A stretch of 24,000 nucleotides of DNA. Origin: Methanococcus voltae PS. Its GTDB lineage: Archaea > AGJL01 > Methanococci > Methanococcales > Methanococcaceae. The notes beneath the pieces are model-generated. The model saw only the letters and a program-made list of their open reading frames with translations. It was not told the DNA's origin and did no database searches. A program made the translations under genes and the position numbers. The stretch's first letter is position 1; each line of letters begins with the position of its first letter. The stretch covers positions 285,990-309,989 of the forward strand of contig NZ_JANUCQ010000001.1 of assembly GCF_024807035.1 (NCBI RefSeq), read 5' to 3'. Positions 9,739 to 18,782 of the stretch are shown in pieces.

Positions 9739-10365
9739 ATGCAATTAAACAATAATTCTAAAAAATTAGATTTTAACAGTATTTGTGGTATAAAAGTAAA
9801 CACTAATTTGGATTACACTGGGGAAGAAATAGAACCTTTATGGGCTTTTAAATCATTTGATGTTCAAAAAGATAGTATCGTAGGTTTCATAGGTGCTATG
9901 CAAGTAAAAATAGCAAATATGAAGGATTTAAAAGACGTAAAAGAAGAAGCAGAATACGAAATCCCTATTTCGTCAAAACGTGCAATAAACTTTATAGTAG
10001 AGCATTTCGATAATTGCGACTTAAAAACTACTTATTTAAGACAAAGAATGCTTGTAAATATTGTAAAAGATGTAATCGAAACAAAAGCAAATATTAAGGT
10101 ATTAAAGACAGGCGACGACTTGTACTACAATAATAAAAAAATATCTGTATGTATTGCTTGTAAGGGCGTTACTTCAGGCAAAATCCATCTCGGTTTAAAT
10201 GTAACTTCCGAAGGTACGCCAGAGCACGTTTCAGCAATTGGTTTATTAGAAATGGGATTAAATGAAAGCGACTTAGATGAAATTTTAGAAAACATAATTT
10301 TAGAATACTGCAAAGAAACTGATAAAATAGAAAGAGATATTAGAAAAACGTTACCTTTATTCTAA
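9739..10365 (+). CDS. Conserved archaeal hypothetical protein (208 aa; possibly the DUF366 family)
   Basis: A clean ORF with GGTGAA before the ATG. The protein is soluble and has no motif I can assign. The DUF366 suggestion is from memory of family size and taxonomy only. Confidence 0.55.
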   Translation: MQLNNNSKKLDFNSICGIKVNTNLDYTGEEIEPLWAFKSFDVQKDSIVGFIGAMQVKIANMKDLKDVKEEAEYEIPISSKRAINFIVEHFDNCDLKTTYLRQRMLVNIVKDVIETKANIKVLKTGDDLYYNNKKISVCIACKGVTSGKIHLGLNVTSEGTPEHVSAIGLLEMGLNESDLDEILENIILEYCKETDKIERDIRKTLPLF

Positions 10366-10427
10366 AAAATAATTAAATAAAATAACTTATTAAAATTAAA
10401 TTATTATTATTTTATTATTTTATTATT

Positions 10428-11219
10428 TTATTGCACTGGTTTAACAAATGAATGAATTTTGTTCATGTTAATGTCGATTATTTCATCGATTTCAGTATCT
10501 AAATTTCCTAAGCAACTAACAGTAAGTGCAGGTGTATTTACTTCCCTTAAAAACTTTCTAACATCTTTTTCATGGAATACAATACCTTCAAAATATTCTA
10601 AATTAGGAACTGCATACAATACGCCATCTAATTCTTTAATATCCATGCAGCTATCCATTATTACATCAACGGTAAGTGTCATAGTACCAGACGTTTTTGA
10701 AATTTTTGAAGAACGTAGAGTTTTTAAAGAACCTTTTCTCTGACCAACACATAATCTTTTATGGGTATTATCTGCTTCCATTAATTCTTTATCGAACGAA
10801 CTTTTAGGGTCTTCAATAATTAATACTTTAGGGTCAAAATCTTTTAAGATATTAGGGTCTACACCACCTAATCCCGTAACATCGATTATTAAATCTGGAT
10901 TTATTTCCTTAGAGTTATTGTTTCTAAGTTTTAGCATAAATGTATTCAAATCCATGAATTTTATGCCGTTCCCTGTAACAATATCTTCTAAGTGGGGCTG
11001 TGAGTCGATTAATATAACCTCTTCACAATCTGGTTTAATCATATTAGCAATATAGTTACCCGATAAATAAGCACCAAATATAATCGCTTGCTTAAATTCC
11101 TCACCCTCTAGGTAATATTTTATTGCATTAGCCTTTTTTTCAGCAATCTTTTTTATAATATCTCTAACTTTGACTTTTGATTCAATTGTTTTAACATTTT
11201 CAGTAATACCGTACTTCAT
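10428..11219 (-). CDS. hcgC: HcgC-like protein (SAM-dependent pyridinol methyltransferase of FeGP-cofactor biosynthesis), putative
   Basis: The 263 aa protein has a Rossmann-like stretch QAIIFGAYLSGNYIA and a DVTGLGGV loop. Its start overlaps the stop of the upstream 177-aa gene by 4 nt (ATGA), and GGTGGA is the RBS. The size, the pairing with a roughly 170-aa partner and the methanococcal context match the hcgB-hcgC pair. Identity is recalled, not searched. Confidence 0.5.
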   Translation of the reverse strand: MKYGITENVKTIESKVKVRDIIKKIAEKKANAIKYYLEGEEFKQAIIFGAYLSGNYIANMIKPDCEEVILIDSQPHLEDIVTGNGIKFMDLNTFMLKLRNNNSKEINPDLIIDVTGLGGVDPNILKDFDPKVLIIEDPKSSFDKELMEADNTHKRLCVGQRKGSLKTLRSSKISKTSGTMTLTVDVIMDSCMDIKELDGVLYAVPNLEYFEGIVFHEKDVRKFLREVNTPALTVSCLGNLDTEIDEIIDINMNKIHSFVKPVQ

Positions 11220-11749
11220 AGTTCCACCATTATCCCTATTTTTTCAAGTGCTTTTAAAAGTTCGAACTCTATTTTGTGTTCTATGCTTTTATTATGGATT
11301 ATTGAAGAAGGAGACATTGCACCGGTTAAAATTCGCCCTTTGCCGTCCATTATCAATAGTAATGAGCCAGAGCCTGCAACGCCCAATCTACCACGAGCTA
11401 TGATTAAATCTGCATTTGTTGTGTCAACTGCAATCATTCCTTTAGTTAATGCAGGCATTCTTGTTAAATCTGCCGAATTTGTACAAATATCTAACATTTC
11501 AATGATAATATTATTTTGATTATTTTTACAATTGCTAATTGTATTATGATTAGTATGAGTATCTAAAACTTTCAAAATAATATTTTTTACTACTTTAAAT
11601 TTCTTTCCATTGGAAGTTGCAACTACAATTTTTTTAGAATTTTTGATGAGATTTTGAATTGCCTCAATTTCTTCAATTCGGTCTCCATTTCTGCAATTTT
11701 CCAATGATTGAACATAAGAATTCTTAACTATCTTGTTAATTTTTTCCAC
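11216..11749 (-). CDS. hcgB: HcgB-like protein (guanylyltransferase of FeGP-cofactor biosynthesis), putative
   Basis: The 177 aa protein contains the block ARGRLGVAGSGSLLLIMDGKGRILTGA. It has a GTG start (no in-frame ATG nearby) and is translationally coupled to the downstream gene. Confidence 0.45.
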   Translation of the reverse strand: MEKINKIVKNSYVQSLENCRNGDRIEEIEAIQNLIKNSKKIVVATSNGKKFKVVKNIILKVLDTHTNHNTISNCKNNQNNIIIEMLDICTNSADLTRMPALTKGMIAVDTTNADLIIARGRLGVAGSGSLLLIMDGKGRILTGAMSPSSIIHNKSIEHKIEFELLKALEKIGIMVEL

Positions 11750-11839
11750 GATATCCCAAACATAATTTTAAAATATGAAAATAGTTAATTTAGATATATA
11801 TTTAGATATATATGAATTATAATTTTTTATTTAATTGTT

Positions 11840-13375
11840 TTACTTAACTGTTTTAACTCTGCTATTCCTTATCCAATCTAAATCATTTTTATGAAGTTCT
11901 CTGATATCTTTTAATTCTAATATCATCATTATAAGTCTACTTAAACCAATTCCCCATGCTAAAACCGGTTTTTTGATTCCAAAAGGCTCTAAAACTTCTG
12001 GTCTGAATATACCTGCACCGAGTAATTCCATCCAACCTTTACCTTCAACATAAACTTCTGCTTCAAGCGAAGGTTCTGTAAATGGGAAGTAAGCAGGTCT
12101 TATTCTTACTTTTTCAAATCCTAATTTGTTTAAGAATTCGGATAATAATCCAACTAAGTTATCGAAATTCACATTGTCATCCATTACAATGCCTTCACAT
12201 TGATAAAATTCTGGTAAGTGTTTATAATCGATTGCTTCATTTCTAAATACTCTATCTATACAAAATACTTTTTGAGCTTTTTCTTTTTCTTCTTCACTCA
12301 ACGATGCTAAATATTTAATCGAAGAAACGGTAGTATGTGTCCTCAATACTACTTTTTTAGATACTTCTTCACTAAATACATATCCCCAGCCTTTAGAGAT
12401 TTGTTCATCTCCAACAATACCTTGTTCGTGTATTAATTTAAGTTTTTGAAGTAATTCTTCATCTACAAGTCCAGCATTTGGATACTTTAAAAAGAACGTA
12501 TCTTGCATATCTCTTGCAGGGTGGTCCTGTGGTTCAAATAAAGAGTCAAAATTCCAAAGTTCAGTTTGTACAGCGGATGTTTTAACTTCTTTGAACCCAA
12601 TTGATACGAGAATATCCTTAACATCGTCAATGATTTTAGCCATCGGATGAGGTTTGGCAGGGTAAACCTTTTCAGTAGGTATGGTAGCATCGTAAGCTCT
12701 TATATCACATTCTTTCCATTTTCCACTTAAGATATCTTCTTTAGTCAATTGTGTGATTTCTTCTTTAATTTCAATAGGATTCTTGATGTATTCAATGCCT
12801 TCAGGAGTTAATTTTAATTCCCTATTTTTAATCTCTTTTACTTCAATTAATCCTCTTTTTTTCAAAGAATCAACTGTTTTTTTGTCTTCCTTGATTAATT
12901 CAGATATGTCGATTCCATCTTCTAATTTTCCAATTTTTGAAATTAAAATTTCCTCTTCATCTTCATAATCTAAATTTTTGAAAACAATATTACCTTTATC
13001 AATTGCTACAAGGTTTTTTTTCTTTAAATTACCTAATAACGGGTTTATTTCTCCTTTTTCAAGAGTTTCAACTTTTGAAAGGTCTTTTATAGCAATACTT
13101 TCAAGTTTATTATTTAATATATATTTTGAAAGTCTTCTTTCAGGTAATTGCTTTTCGTTAGCTTCAATACCTTCTTTGCTAAGTTTTATAAGTTTTTTAC
13201 TTTCTTCGAGTACTTCAGCAAGTTTGTGACCTGTAAGCCATAAACCTGCCCTCATAATTTTTTCTTTCTCAATTTCTTGTGAAATTTCTTCAAAGTCAAG
13301 TGTATTTTTTCCAAATTTTTGAAATATTTGTAATATTCTTTTTTCGTCATTGTGAAGTTCTACATCAATAATCAT
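11840..13375 (-). CDS. pheS: Phenylalanine--tRNA ligase alpha subunit
   Basis: The 511 aa length is the archaeal long form. Class II motifs are present: [40 protein letters not shown] and [15 protein letters not shown] is the RBS. Confidence 0.93.
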   Translation of the reverse strand: MIIDVELHNDEKRILQIFQKFGKNTLDFEEISQEIEKEKIMRAGLWLTGHKLAEVLEESKKLIKLSKEGIEANEKQLPERRLSKYILNNKLESIAIKDLSKVETLEKGEINPLLGNLKKKNLVAIDKGNIVFKNLDYEDEEEILISKIGKLEDGIDISELIKEDKKTVDSLKKRGLIEVKEIKNRELKLTPEGIEYIKNPIEIKEEITQLTKEDILSGKWKECDIRAYDATIPTEKVYPAKPHPMAKIIDDVKDILVSIGFKEVKTSAVQTELWNFDSLFEPQDHPARDMQDTFFLKYPNAGLVDEELLQKLKLIHEQGIVGDEQISKGWGYVFSEEVSKKVVLRTHTTVSSIKYLASLSEEEKEKAQKVFCIDRVFRNEAIDYKHLPEFYQCEGIVMDDNVNFDNLVGLLSEFLNKLGFEKVRIRPAYFPFTEPSLEAEVYVEGKGWMELLGAGIFRPEVLEPFGIKKPVLAWGIGLSRLIMMILELKDIRELHKNDLDWIRNSRVKTVK

Positions 13376-13592
13376 AATTTCACCTTAGTAAATAATAATA
13401 TATTCAATATAAATAATCATACTATCCTTTAATTTGAATATCATGTTACCATACTATTTAATAATTTATAAAATTGATTTCAATATTTGGATATTTCCAG
13501 AGTTAATAAACTTATTAAAATTCTTATTTGCAATTATATAATTATATATACCTATTGAATATAGAATATAATCTAAAATATTATTGTTTTAC

Positions 13593-13636
13593 TAATATAT
13601 TTTTAATATTATTTTATTTAATATATTTTTAATATT
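13593..13636. repeat. Direct repeat of an 18-mer (TAATATATTTTTAATATT) x2, spacing 26 bp
   Basis: Two perfect copies at 13593-13610 and 13619-13636 lie immediately upstream of the radical SAM gene start. They may be duplicated promoter (TATA-like) elements. Confidence 0.9.
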
Positions 13637-13659
13637 CGTATCATATTGTTTGGTGGATT

Positions 13660-14745
13660 ATGGGCAAAGATGAGAAAAACGAGAAAAAAGAGAAAAACGA
13701 AAATAATAAATGTTGTCTTAAGGAAGATTTAGAATATATCGCCTTAAAGAATAATGTATTAAAAATGGCAGAAAATTTAACTTTCACCGCAGAATTGGAT
13801 GGCATACAGGATATGCGAAAAATAGGTTTTCCCATTTCTCAATACGGGGTTTATGTAAAGTCTAAAATTCCCTTTAGAACTTTTAAAATACCTGTAGATG
13901 CAGGGTTTTCATGCCCTAATAAAGACGGCACTTTAGATGATAAAGGCTGTATTTATTGTCCGAAAATGGGTAGGCCAATCTCCGTAGAATATTGTAATCG
14001 TAAATACAGCTTAAAAGAGCAAATAGAATTCCAATTAAACGAACACGGTAGAAAAGGCATAAATAAATTTTACGTTTACTTTTATCCTGCTACTAATACC
14101 TACGATGAGCCAGAAAACCTAAAAGAACTATGGGATTTTGCATTATCTTATGAAAATGTAATAGGTTTATCAATTGGGACAAGACCAGATTGTTTGGAGC
14201 CCGAAAAGCTAGATATCTTAGAAACCTATGTAAAACAGGGTTACGATATTTGGATTGATTTAGGGGTTCAAACATTACATGACAAAACATTAACTCTACT
14301 TAATAGAAAACACGACGCAATTGACACGTTAAACGCAATTAAAAACTGTAAGGAACGAGGTATAAAAGTTTGTGGTCATATTATCTTGGGATTACCTGGA
14401 GAAACAAGGAAAGAAATGCTACAAACTGCAGAGCTGCTGTCCTTAATAAAAATAGATGCTTTGAAAATTTATCCGCTCGTAGTTATCTACAATACAAAAC
14501 TTGAGGAGATGTATTGGAATGCAGAATATAAGTCACTCGATAAAATACAATACATAAGCTTAGTGACGGATTTTTTAGAGCATATATCCCCTCAAATATT
14601 AATTCAAAGAGTTTCAAAGGATAAAGTTCCAAAAGAGATAAAAATATCACCAGAATGGGATTTAGGACGTTTAAAAATTTTAAACGAAATATCGAACAAT
14701 TTAAAAACTAGAAAAACAGTCCAAGGTTCAAAATTTAATATCTAG
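13660..14745 (+). CDS. Radical SAM protein, TIGR01212 (YhcC-like) family
   Basis: The family-specific cluster motif FSCPNKDGTLDDKGCIYC, then GTRPDC, and a TIM-barrel-length body are present. The RBS GGTGGA lies 2 nt before the ATG. There is an N-terminal Lys/Glu-rich extension of about 50 aa relative to the bacterial homologues I recall. Confidence 0.85.
   Translation: MGKDEKNEKKEKNENNKCCLKEDLEYIALKNNVLKMAENLTFTAELDGIQDMRKIGFPISQYGVYVKSKIPFRTFKIPVDAGFSCPNKDGTLDDKGCIYCPKMGRPISVEYCNRKYSLKEQIEFQLNEHGRKGINKFYVYFYPATNTYDEPENLKELWDFALSYENVIGLSIGTRPDCLEPEKLDILETYVKQGYDIWIDLGVQTLHDKTLTLLNRKHDAIDTLNAIKNCKERGIKVCGHIILGLPGETRKEMLQTAELLSLIKIDALKIYPLVVIYNTKLEEMYWNAEYKSLDKIQYISLVTDFLEHISPQILIQRVSKDKVPKEIKISPEWDLGRLKILNEISNNLKTRKTVQGSKFNI
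13672..13698 (+). repeat. In-frame tandem repeat (GAGAAAAAM) x3, period 9, inside the radical SAM N terminus
   Basis: The copies GAGAAAAAC, GAGAAAAAA and GAGAAAAAC encode EKN-EKK-EKN, followed by a degenerate fourth copy GAAAATAAT. Confidence 0.9.
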
Positions 14746-14866
14746 TTTAATATTTGATAAAAAATAATACTAAAATAGTAATATACTAAAATAATAAACT
14801 ACTATTATTTTCTTTTAATTATAACTTATTTTTATTTAAAATAATGAAAAAATAGATTTATAAGTT

Positions 14867-15379
14867 TTATATTTTTGATGCAGCGATTTTAACTGCTTTT
14901 AGATAGTCTGAAGATTCGGTAATGACAACAGCCACAGGTATTCTAACAAGTTTCTCAACGCATGCACTAACTATAGGGGCGCATACAATAGCTTTTACTC
15001 CGTCGCGTTCCGCACTAACTGCCGATATAAGGCACTCTTCAAGCGTATTTGATGGATATTCCTTAATGGCGTATGTTTTACCATTAAATTCAATGGTTTT
15101 TTGAGTAAGTTTATTAAGTGAAGACCTTGCAGCAATAATTGCTATTTTATCATCTAACTCATCATCTTTTTCAAATTCCTTAATTACTTTCACGATTTTT
15201 TGAAGTGTAGATACTCTAAAATCTTTATTATTCATAACTTTGTACAATGTACTATAAGGTATTTGAGAATGGTCTGAAAATTCCTTCAATGAAATATTTA
15301 ATTCTAATAGTATTTTTCTGAACTCGTCGGTAAACTTTTCAGAACCTAAGCTTAATAAAAGCCTTTCATACGCTTTCAT
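14867..15379 (-). CDS. Putative HTH-domain transcriptional regulator (170 aa) with an uncharacterised C-terminal alpha/beta domain
   Basis: The N-terminal segment LKEFSDHSQIPYSTLYKVMNNK looks like an XRE-type helix-turn-helix. The C-terminal part (IAIIAARSS...VKAIVCAPIVSACVEKL) is unassigned. I prefer ATG 15379; the ORF is open to GTG 15388. Confidence 0.6.
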   Translation of the reverse strand: MKAYERLLLSLGSEKFTDEFRKILLELNISLKEFSDHSQIPYSTLYKVMNNKDFRVSTLQKIVKVIKEFEKDDELDDKIAIIAARSSLNKLTQKTIEFNGKTYAIKEYPSNTLEECLISAVSAERDGVKAIVCAPIVSACVEKLVRIPVAVVITESSDYLKAVKIAASKI

Positions 15380-15599
15380 AACACTCACGTCACATATTTC
15401 TGTTACTAATTATTTAATCATGTAATATTATTACATAAACACCCAATTATTTATTATAATATACTCGTCTTATAATATATAATATTCTATCAAATATTTC
15501 AATATTAATACTATATTGTGGATTATTATTAGCTATAATATTATTAGATATATTATTAAGTATTAATATTATAAATCTATCGTTTATTATCTATATGGT

Positions 15600-15636
15600 A
15601 TTAATTTTTTTAATAAATATATTAATTTTTTTAATA
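15600..15636. repeat. Direct repeat of a 16-mer (ATTAATTTTTTTAATA) x2, period 21
   Basis: Perfect copies at 15600-15615 and 15621-15636 lie in the ftsZ / HTH-gene spacer. Confidence 0.9.
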
Positions 15637-15753
15637 TATAATATTTACAAAATATATTACAATTATAATTTAAAAACTAAACAATGCTAAAATAGTATAA
15701 AATAAAAGTATGTAAAAATTAATTTTAGTTAGTTATTGATTAATTAAATGACA

Positions 15754-16851
15754 TTAAACAATGTAGTCAATTCCTAGTGAACTTTTAGATTGTTGCTGTT
15801 TTTTAGGTAATATTCTTTGAGGTGCTTTTCCACCGCCCAATATGTTTGGTGATTTAACACCTGTAATAATTGCCATTACCCTAATTGCTCCGTCCATTGT
15901 GCTATCTAACCTTGCACCCCATATGACGTTAGCTTCTGCATCCATACTGCTTGTTATGCCTTCACCAATCCTATTAGCTTCGCCCAATGTTAAATCAGGA
16001 CCTCCAGTAACATGTATAATAGCACCTGTAGCTCCTTTGTAGTCAATATCCAATAAAGGACATTGTAAAGCATCTTTAACTACTTTCTCTACCCTATCGC
16101 CTTTGGAATCGTTGTCTACCTCACCCACACCAATCATGGCAACACCACCGTTAGTCATAACAGCTTTTACGTCCGCATAATCGATATTTATCATACTCTT
16201 GGTTGATATGGTTTCTGTAATACCTTTAACTGATTGAGCAATGATTTCGTCTGCTACTCTGAAAGCTTCGTTCATAGGCAAGTTAGGAACAAAATCGACT
16301 AATCTATTGTTATCAATTACAATAACGGTGTCACAACATTCAGTTAATCTTTTAAGACCTTCATCTGCCTTTTTAAGTCTGGCTCTTTCAATTTTGAATG
16401 GGTATGTAACAACACCGATTACAACAGCACCGCTTTCTTTTGCTACTTCTGCGACGATTGGAGCTGAACCAGTACCTGTACCGCCACCCATACCTGCGGA
16501 GACAAATACTAAGTCTGCATTTTTCAAAACATCTTCGAGAACGTTTTTAGCTAATTCTGCGGATTTCCTACCAATTTCTGGGTATCCTCCAGCACCTAAA
16601 CCTCTAGTTAATGTAGAACCAATTAATATGGTTTTATCTGCTTTAATATGTTCTAAATGCTGTTTATCTGTATTTAATGCAATAGTTTCAGCACCTTCAA
16701 TCCCTATCTCCGTAAGTCTTGAAATTGTGTTGTTACCTGCACCACCACATCCTACTACGATAATTTTAGCGTTTCCAAAATCATCTTTAGCCATTTGAGC
16801 TTGGTATAACTCTTCATTATTTTTAGAAAGTGCATCTTTAACAAGTCTCAT
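15754..16851 (-). CDS. ftsZ: Cell division GTPase FtsZ (sequence looks closer to the archaeal FtsZ2-type paralogue; paralogue call tentative)
   Basis: [15 protein letters not shown], the tubulin signature [20 protein letters not shown] and [11 protein letters not shown] are present. A flexible C-terminal tail ends in SLGIDYIV. The RBS is GGAGGATT. Confidence 0.95.
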   Translation of the reverse strand: MRLVKDALSKNNEELYQAQMAKDDFGNAKIIVVGCGGAGNNTISRLTEIGIEGAETIALNTDKQHLEHIKADKTILIGSTLTRGLGAGGYPEIGRKSAELAKNVLEDVLKNADLVFVSAGMGGGTGTGSAPIVAEVAKESGAVVIGVVTYPFKIERARLKKADEGLKRLTECCDTVIVIDNNRLVDFVPNLPMNEAFRVADEIIAQSVKGITETISTKSMINIDYADVKAVMTNGGVAMIGVGEVDNDSKGDRVEKVVKDALQCPLLDIDYKGATGAIIHVTGGPDLTLGEANRIGEGITSSMDAEANVIWGARLDSTMDGAIRVMAIITGVKSPNILGGGKAPQRILPKKQQQSKSSLGIDYIV

Positions 16852-17403
16852 AGTAATCCTCCAAAGGCAAATCTTAAATAAAATCGATAGATTATAATAA
16901 TTTATTGATAATATCTATAAATTTTCATGATATATATTATTTTTTATATGTAATTTGATAGGCATACCTATTTTTTGAATATTCTATTAATTATATCCTA
17001 TCTTCAATATTGGAATATTTTTAATGTATTTTTTTAATATTATGCCCATATAATATTATATATACTCTAATAATAAACCATTCAAATTTATATGCTGTAA
17101 ATAAATCCTTATGTAGTGTATTTTTAAATTTGGGGTTATTTTATTATTATTTAATATTAATTATTATTATCCAATACTTGTAAAGTTTTTTTGGTAATTA
17201 TAACACTATATAAATAATAAGTTTTAATAGTTATATAAATTTTACTTATTGAAACTATTTAGATTCTTAAATAGGTTATTAAATTGTCGATTATTTATAA
17301 ATTCCCCATACTTTTTATTTAATACGTTTCATGGAAAAATTAAATGAAATAAGAAATAATATAATATGGACTAAAATAATAATAACTGTTGTAAAAGTGT
17401 TTT

Positions 17404-17430
17404 AAATGCTAAAAATGCTAAAAATGCTAA
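17404..17430. repeat. Tandem repeat (AAATGCTAA) x3, period 9
   Basis: Three perfect copies end 30 nt upstream of the SRP RNA TATA box. Confidence 0.95.
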
Positions 17431-17453
17431 AAAATAGTACAGATAATAAAATA

Positions 17454-17467
17454 GTAAACTATATAAG
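17454..17467 (+). promoter_or_regulatory. Archaeal BRE/TATA promoter of the SRP RNA gene
   Basis: TATATAAG at 17460-17467 is preceded by a purine-rich GTAAAC. Its centre is about 26-27 nt upstream of the predicted RNA 5' end (G17490). Confidence 0.6.
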
Positions 17468-17489
17468 CTAGAACAAGTTATGTAATATT

Positions 17490-17794
17490 GGCTAGGCTGG
17501 GAGGTTAGGCGTCTCCTGTAACTTGAAATCGCCTTTGCGAGAGCCGAAAACTTGGGGGCGGCATAAGTTCCCAAATTTCATTCTTAATTAGTATGTCGAC
17601 GTTTCGTCCTTTGGGGTAAGATGGTAAGAGACTCTCTTTCTTAAGAAAGAGTCAAACTCTTTTCGTATTTCGAAACCCGCCAGGCCCGGAAGGGAGCAAC
17701 GGTAGAATTTACTTCGACGCTCAAGGGGTAGCGGGGCTGAGTACTAATTAAGGCAAAATGAGATTTGGTGCTTTTGTCCACCCCAAGGAAGCCA
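17490..17794 (+). ncRNA. Signal recognition particle RNA (archaeal 7S / SRP RNA), about 305 nt
   Basis: This is a GC-rich island in AT-rich DNA. The 5' GGCUAGGCUGGGAGG can pair with the 3' CCACCCCAAGGAAGCC. The Alu-domain UGUAAC motif, a helix-6-like hairpin CUCUUUC-UUAA-GAAAGAG, and the universally conserved helix-8 core CCAGGCCCGGAAGGGAGCAACGG are present. An oligo-T run follows. End coordinates are good to plus or minus a few nt. Confidence 0.9.
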
Positions 17795-17805
17795 TTTTTT
17801 ATTTT
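17795..17805 (+). terminator. Oligo-T terminator of the SRP RNA
   Basis: TTTTTTATTTT lies immediately after the closing helix. Confidence 0.6.
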
Positions 17806-17822
17806 AAGGCTTATTATATCTA

Positions 17823-17846
17823 TTTTTATATTTTTATATTTTTATA
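17823..17846. repeat. Tandem repeat (TTTTTATA) x3, period 8
   Basis: Three perfect copies lie just downstream of the SRP RNA. Confidence 0.9.
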
Positions 17847-18650
17847 TTATTCTAATTTTTATTTTTTAAATTTTTTTATTATCATCATCTTTATTTTTAT
17901 ATTTACTATTATCCATACCATCATTATATGTATTATCAATATTATTTTTAGATATCTTATGATTAATAGGACTCTATTATAACATAATTTTTGTAATATA
18001 TAATAGTATAATATCGCAACATAATTAAATAAATATCATCTATTTTTAAAAAATCTCCTATTTTTACGTCAATCAATGCCAAAAATTTCAATAGTGATAT
18101 ATACCATTACGACCTATGTATATGGCACAAATGTAGGAAATAATAACTAATCACTCCAACAATCATTCTCATAATTAGTTAATTAGAGTACTATTATACT
18201 AAATATACAAACTCCACAAAAAATGAAATAATCAGATTTTAAAATTTAATCCAACTCTAAATTGTAAAATCTCATAGATACATACATTGATACACCATTA
18301 ATAGATACATATATATTTAATAATTATATATTATATAAATAATATTTTTTTTTAAATTTTAATATATTTTGATAGTTAGAATATCAAAAATATCGTTTTT
18401 CATAAAGTAATACGTTTTTATCGAAATATTGTACAGTTTCAAAATGCTCTAATTTTTTTAATCGTATCATAACGTATATAAAGGATTTATAATATAACTT
18501 GAAAAGTAGATTTATAATGATTAAATATTATATATTTTTAATGGGTATATCAAGGCGTATAATGCTATAAATAGCATTATTGTACTTAGTTGCTTATGTC
18601 ATTTAATCGAGATTTAAATTTACATATTGAGTTGGAATAAATTTTAAAAA

Positions 18651-18680
18651 TAATTATAAATAATTATAAATAATTATAAA
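18651..18680. repeat. Tandem repeat (TAATTATAAA) x3, period 10
   Basis: Three perfect copies are followed by a degenerate copy TTAGATTATAAA. Confidence 0.95.
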
Positions 18681-18756
18681 TTAGATTATAAAGACTAAAA
18701 TACTACTTAGTAAATTAATAATATAGTATTAATAAATCAATAATAAGTTAACTAAC

Positions 18757-18782
18757 AATTAATTAATAATTAATTAATAATT
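18757..18782. repeat. Tandem repeat (AATTAATTAAT) x2 plus 4 nt, period 11
   Basis: Read directly, within the ORF-free region. Confidence 0.85.

Noticed and set aside
16241-16798. 185-aa ORF on the plus strand, the longest unexplained ORF in the track
   Set aside because: It lies entirely antisense to ftsZ, whose identity is unambiguous. Its product is low-complexity (S/T/A/P/L-rich) with no RBS, so it is a typical shadow ORF of a relatively GC-rich gene.
16960-16978. Small hairpin ATAGG-CATA-CCTAT followed by TTTTTT as a terminator or sRNA 3' end
   Set aside because: The stem is only 5 bp, no upstream plus-strand gene or convincing promoter exists, and it lies in the ftsZ promoter region. 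It is too weak to call.
17371-17982. Track ORFs 17371-17574 (minus) and 17758-17982 (plus) as protein genes
   Set aside because: Both overlap the SRP RNA gene ends and otherwise run through tandem-repeat or poly-T DNA, giving FLAFLAFLAF and IFIFIFT-type peptides. They are artefacts of the repeat and RNA sequence.
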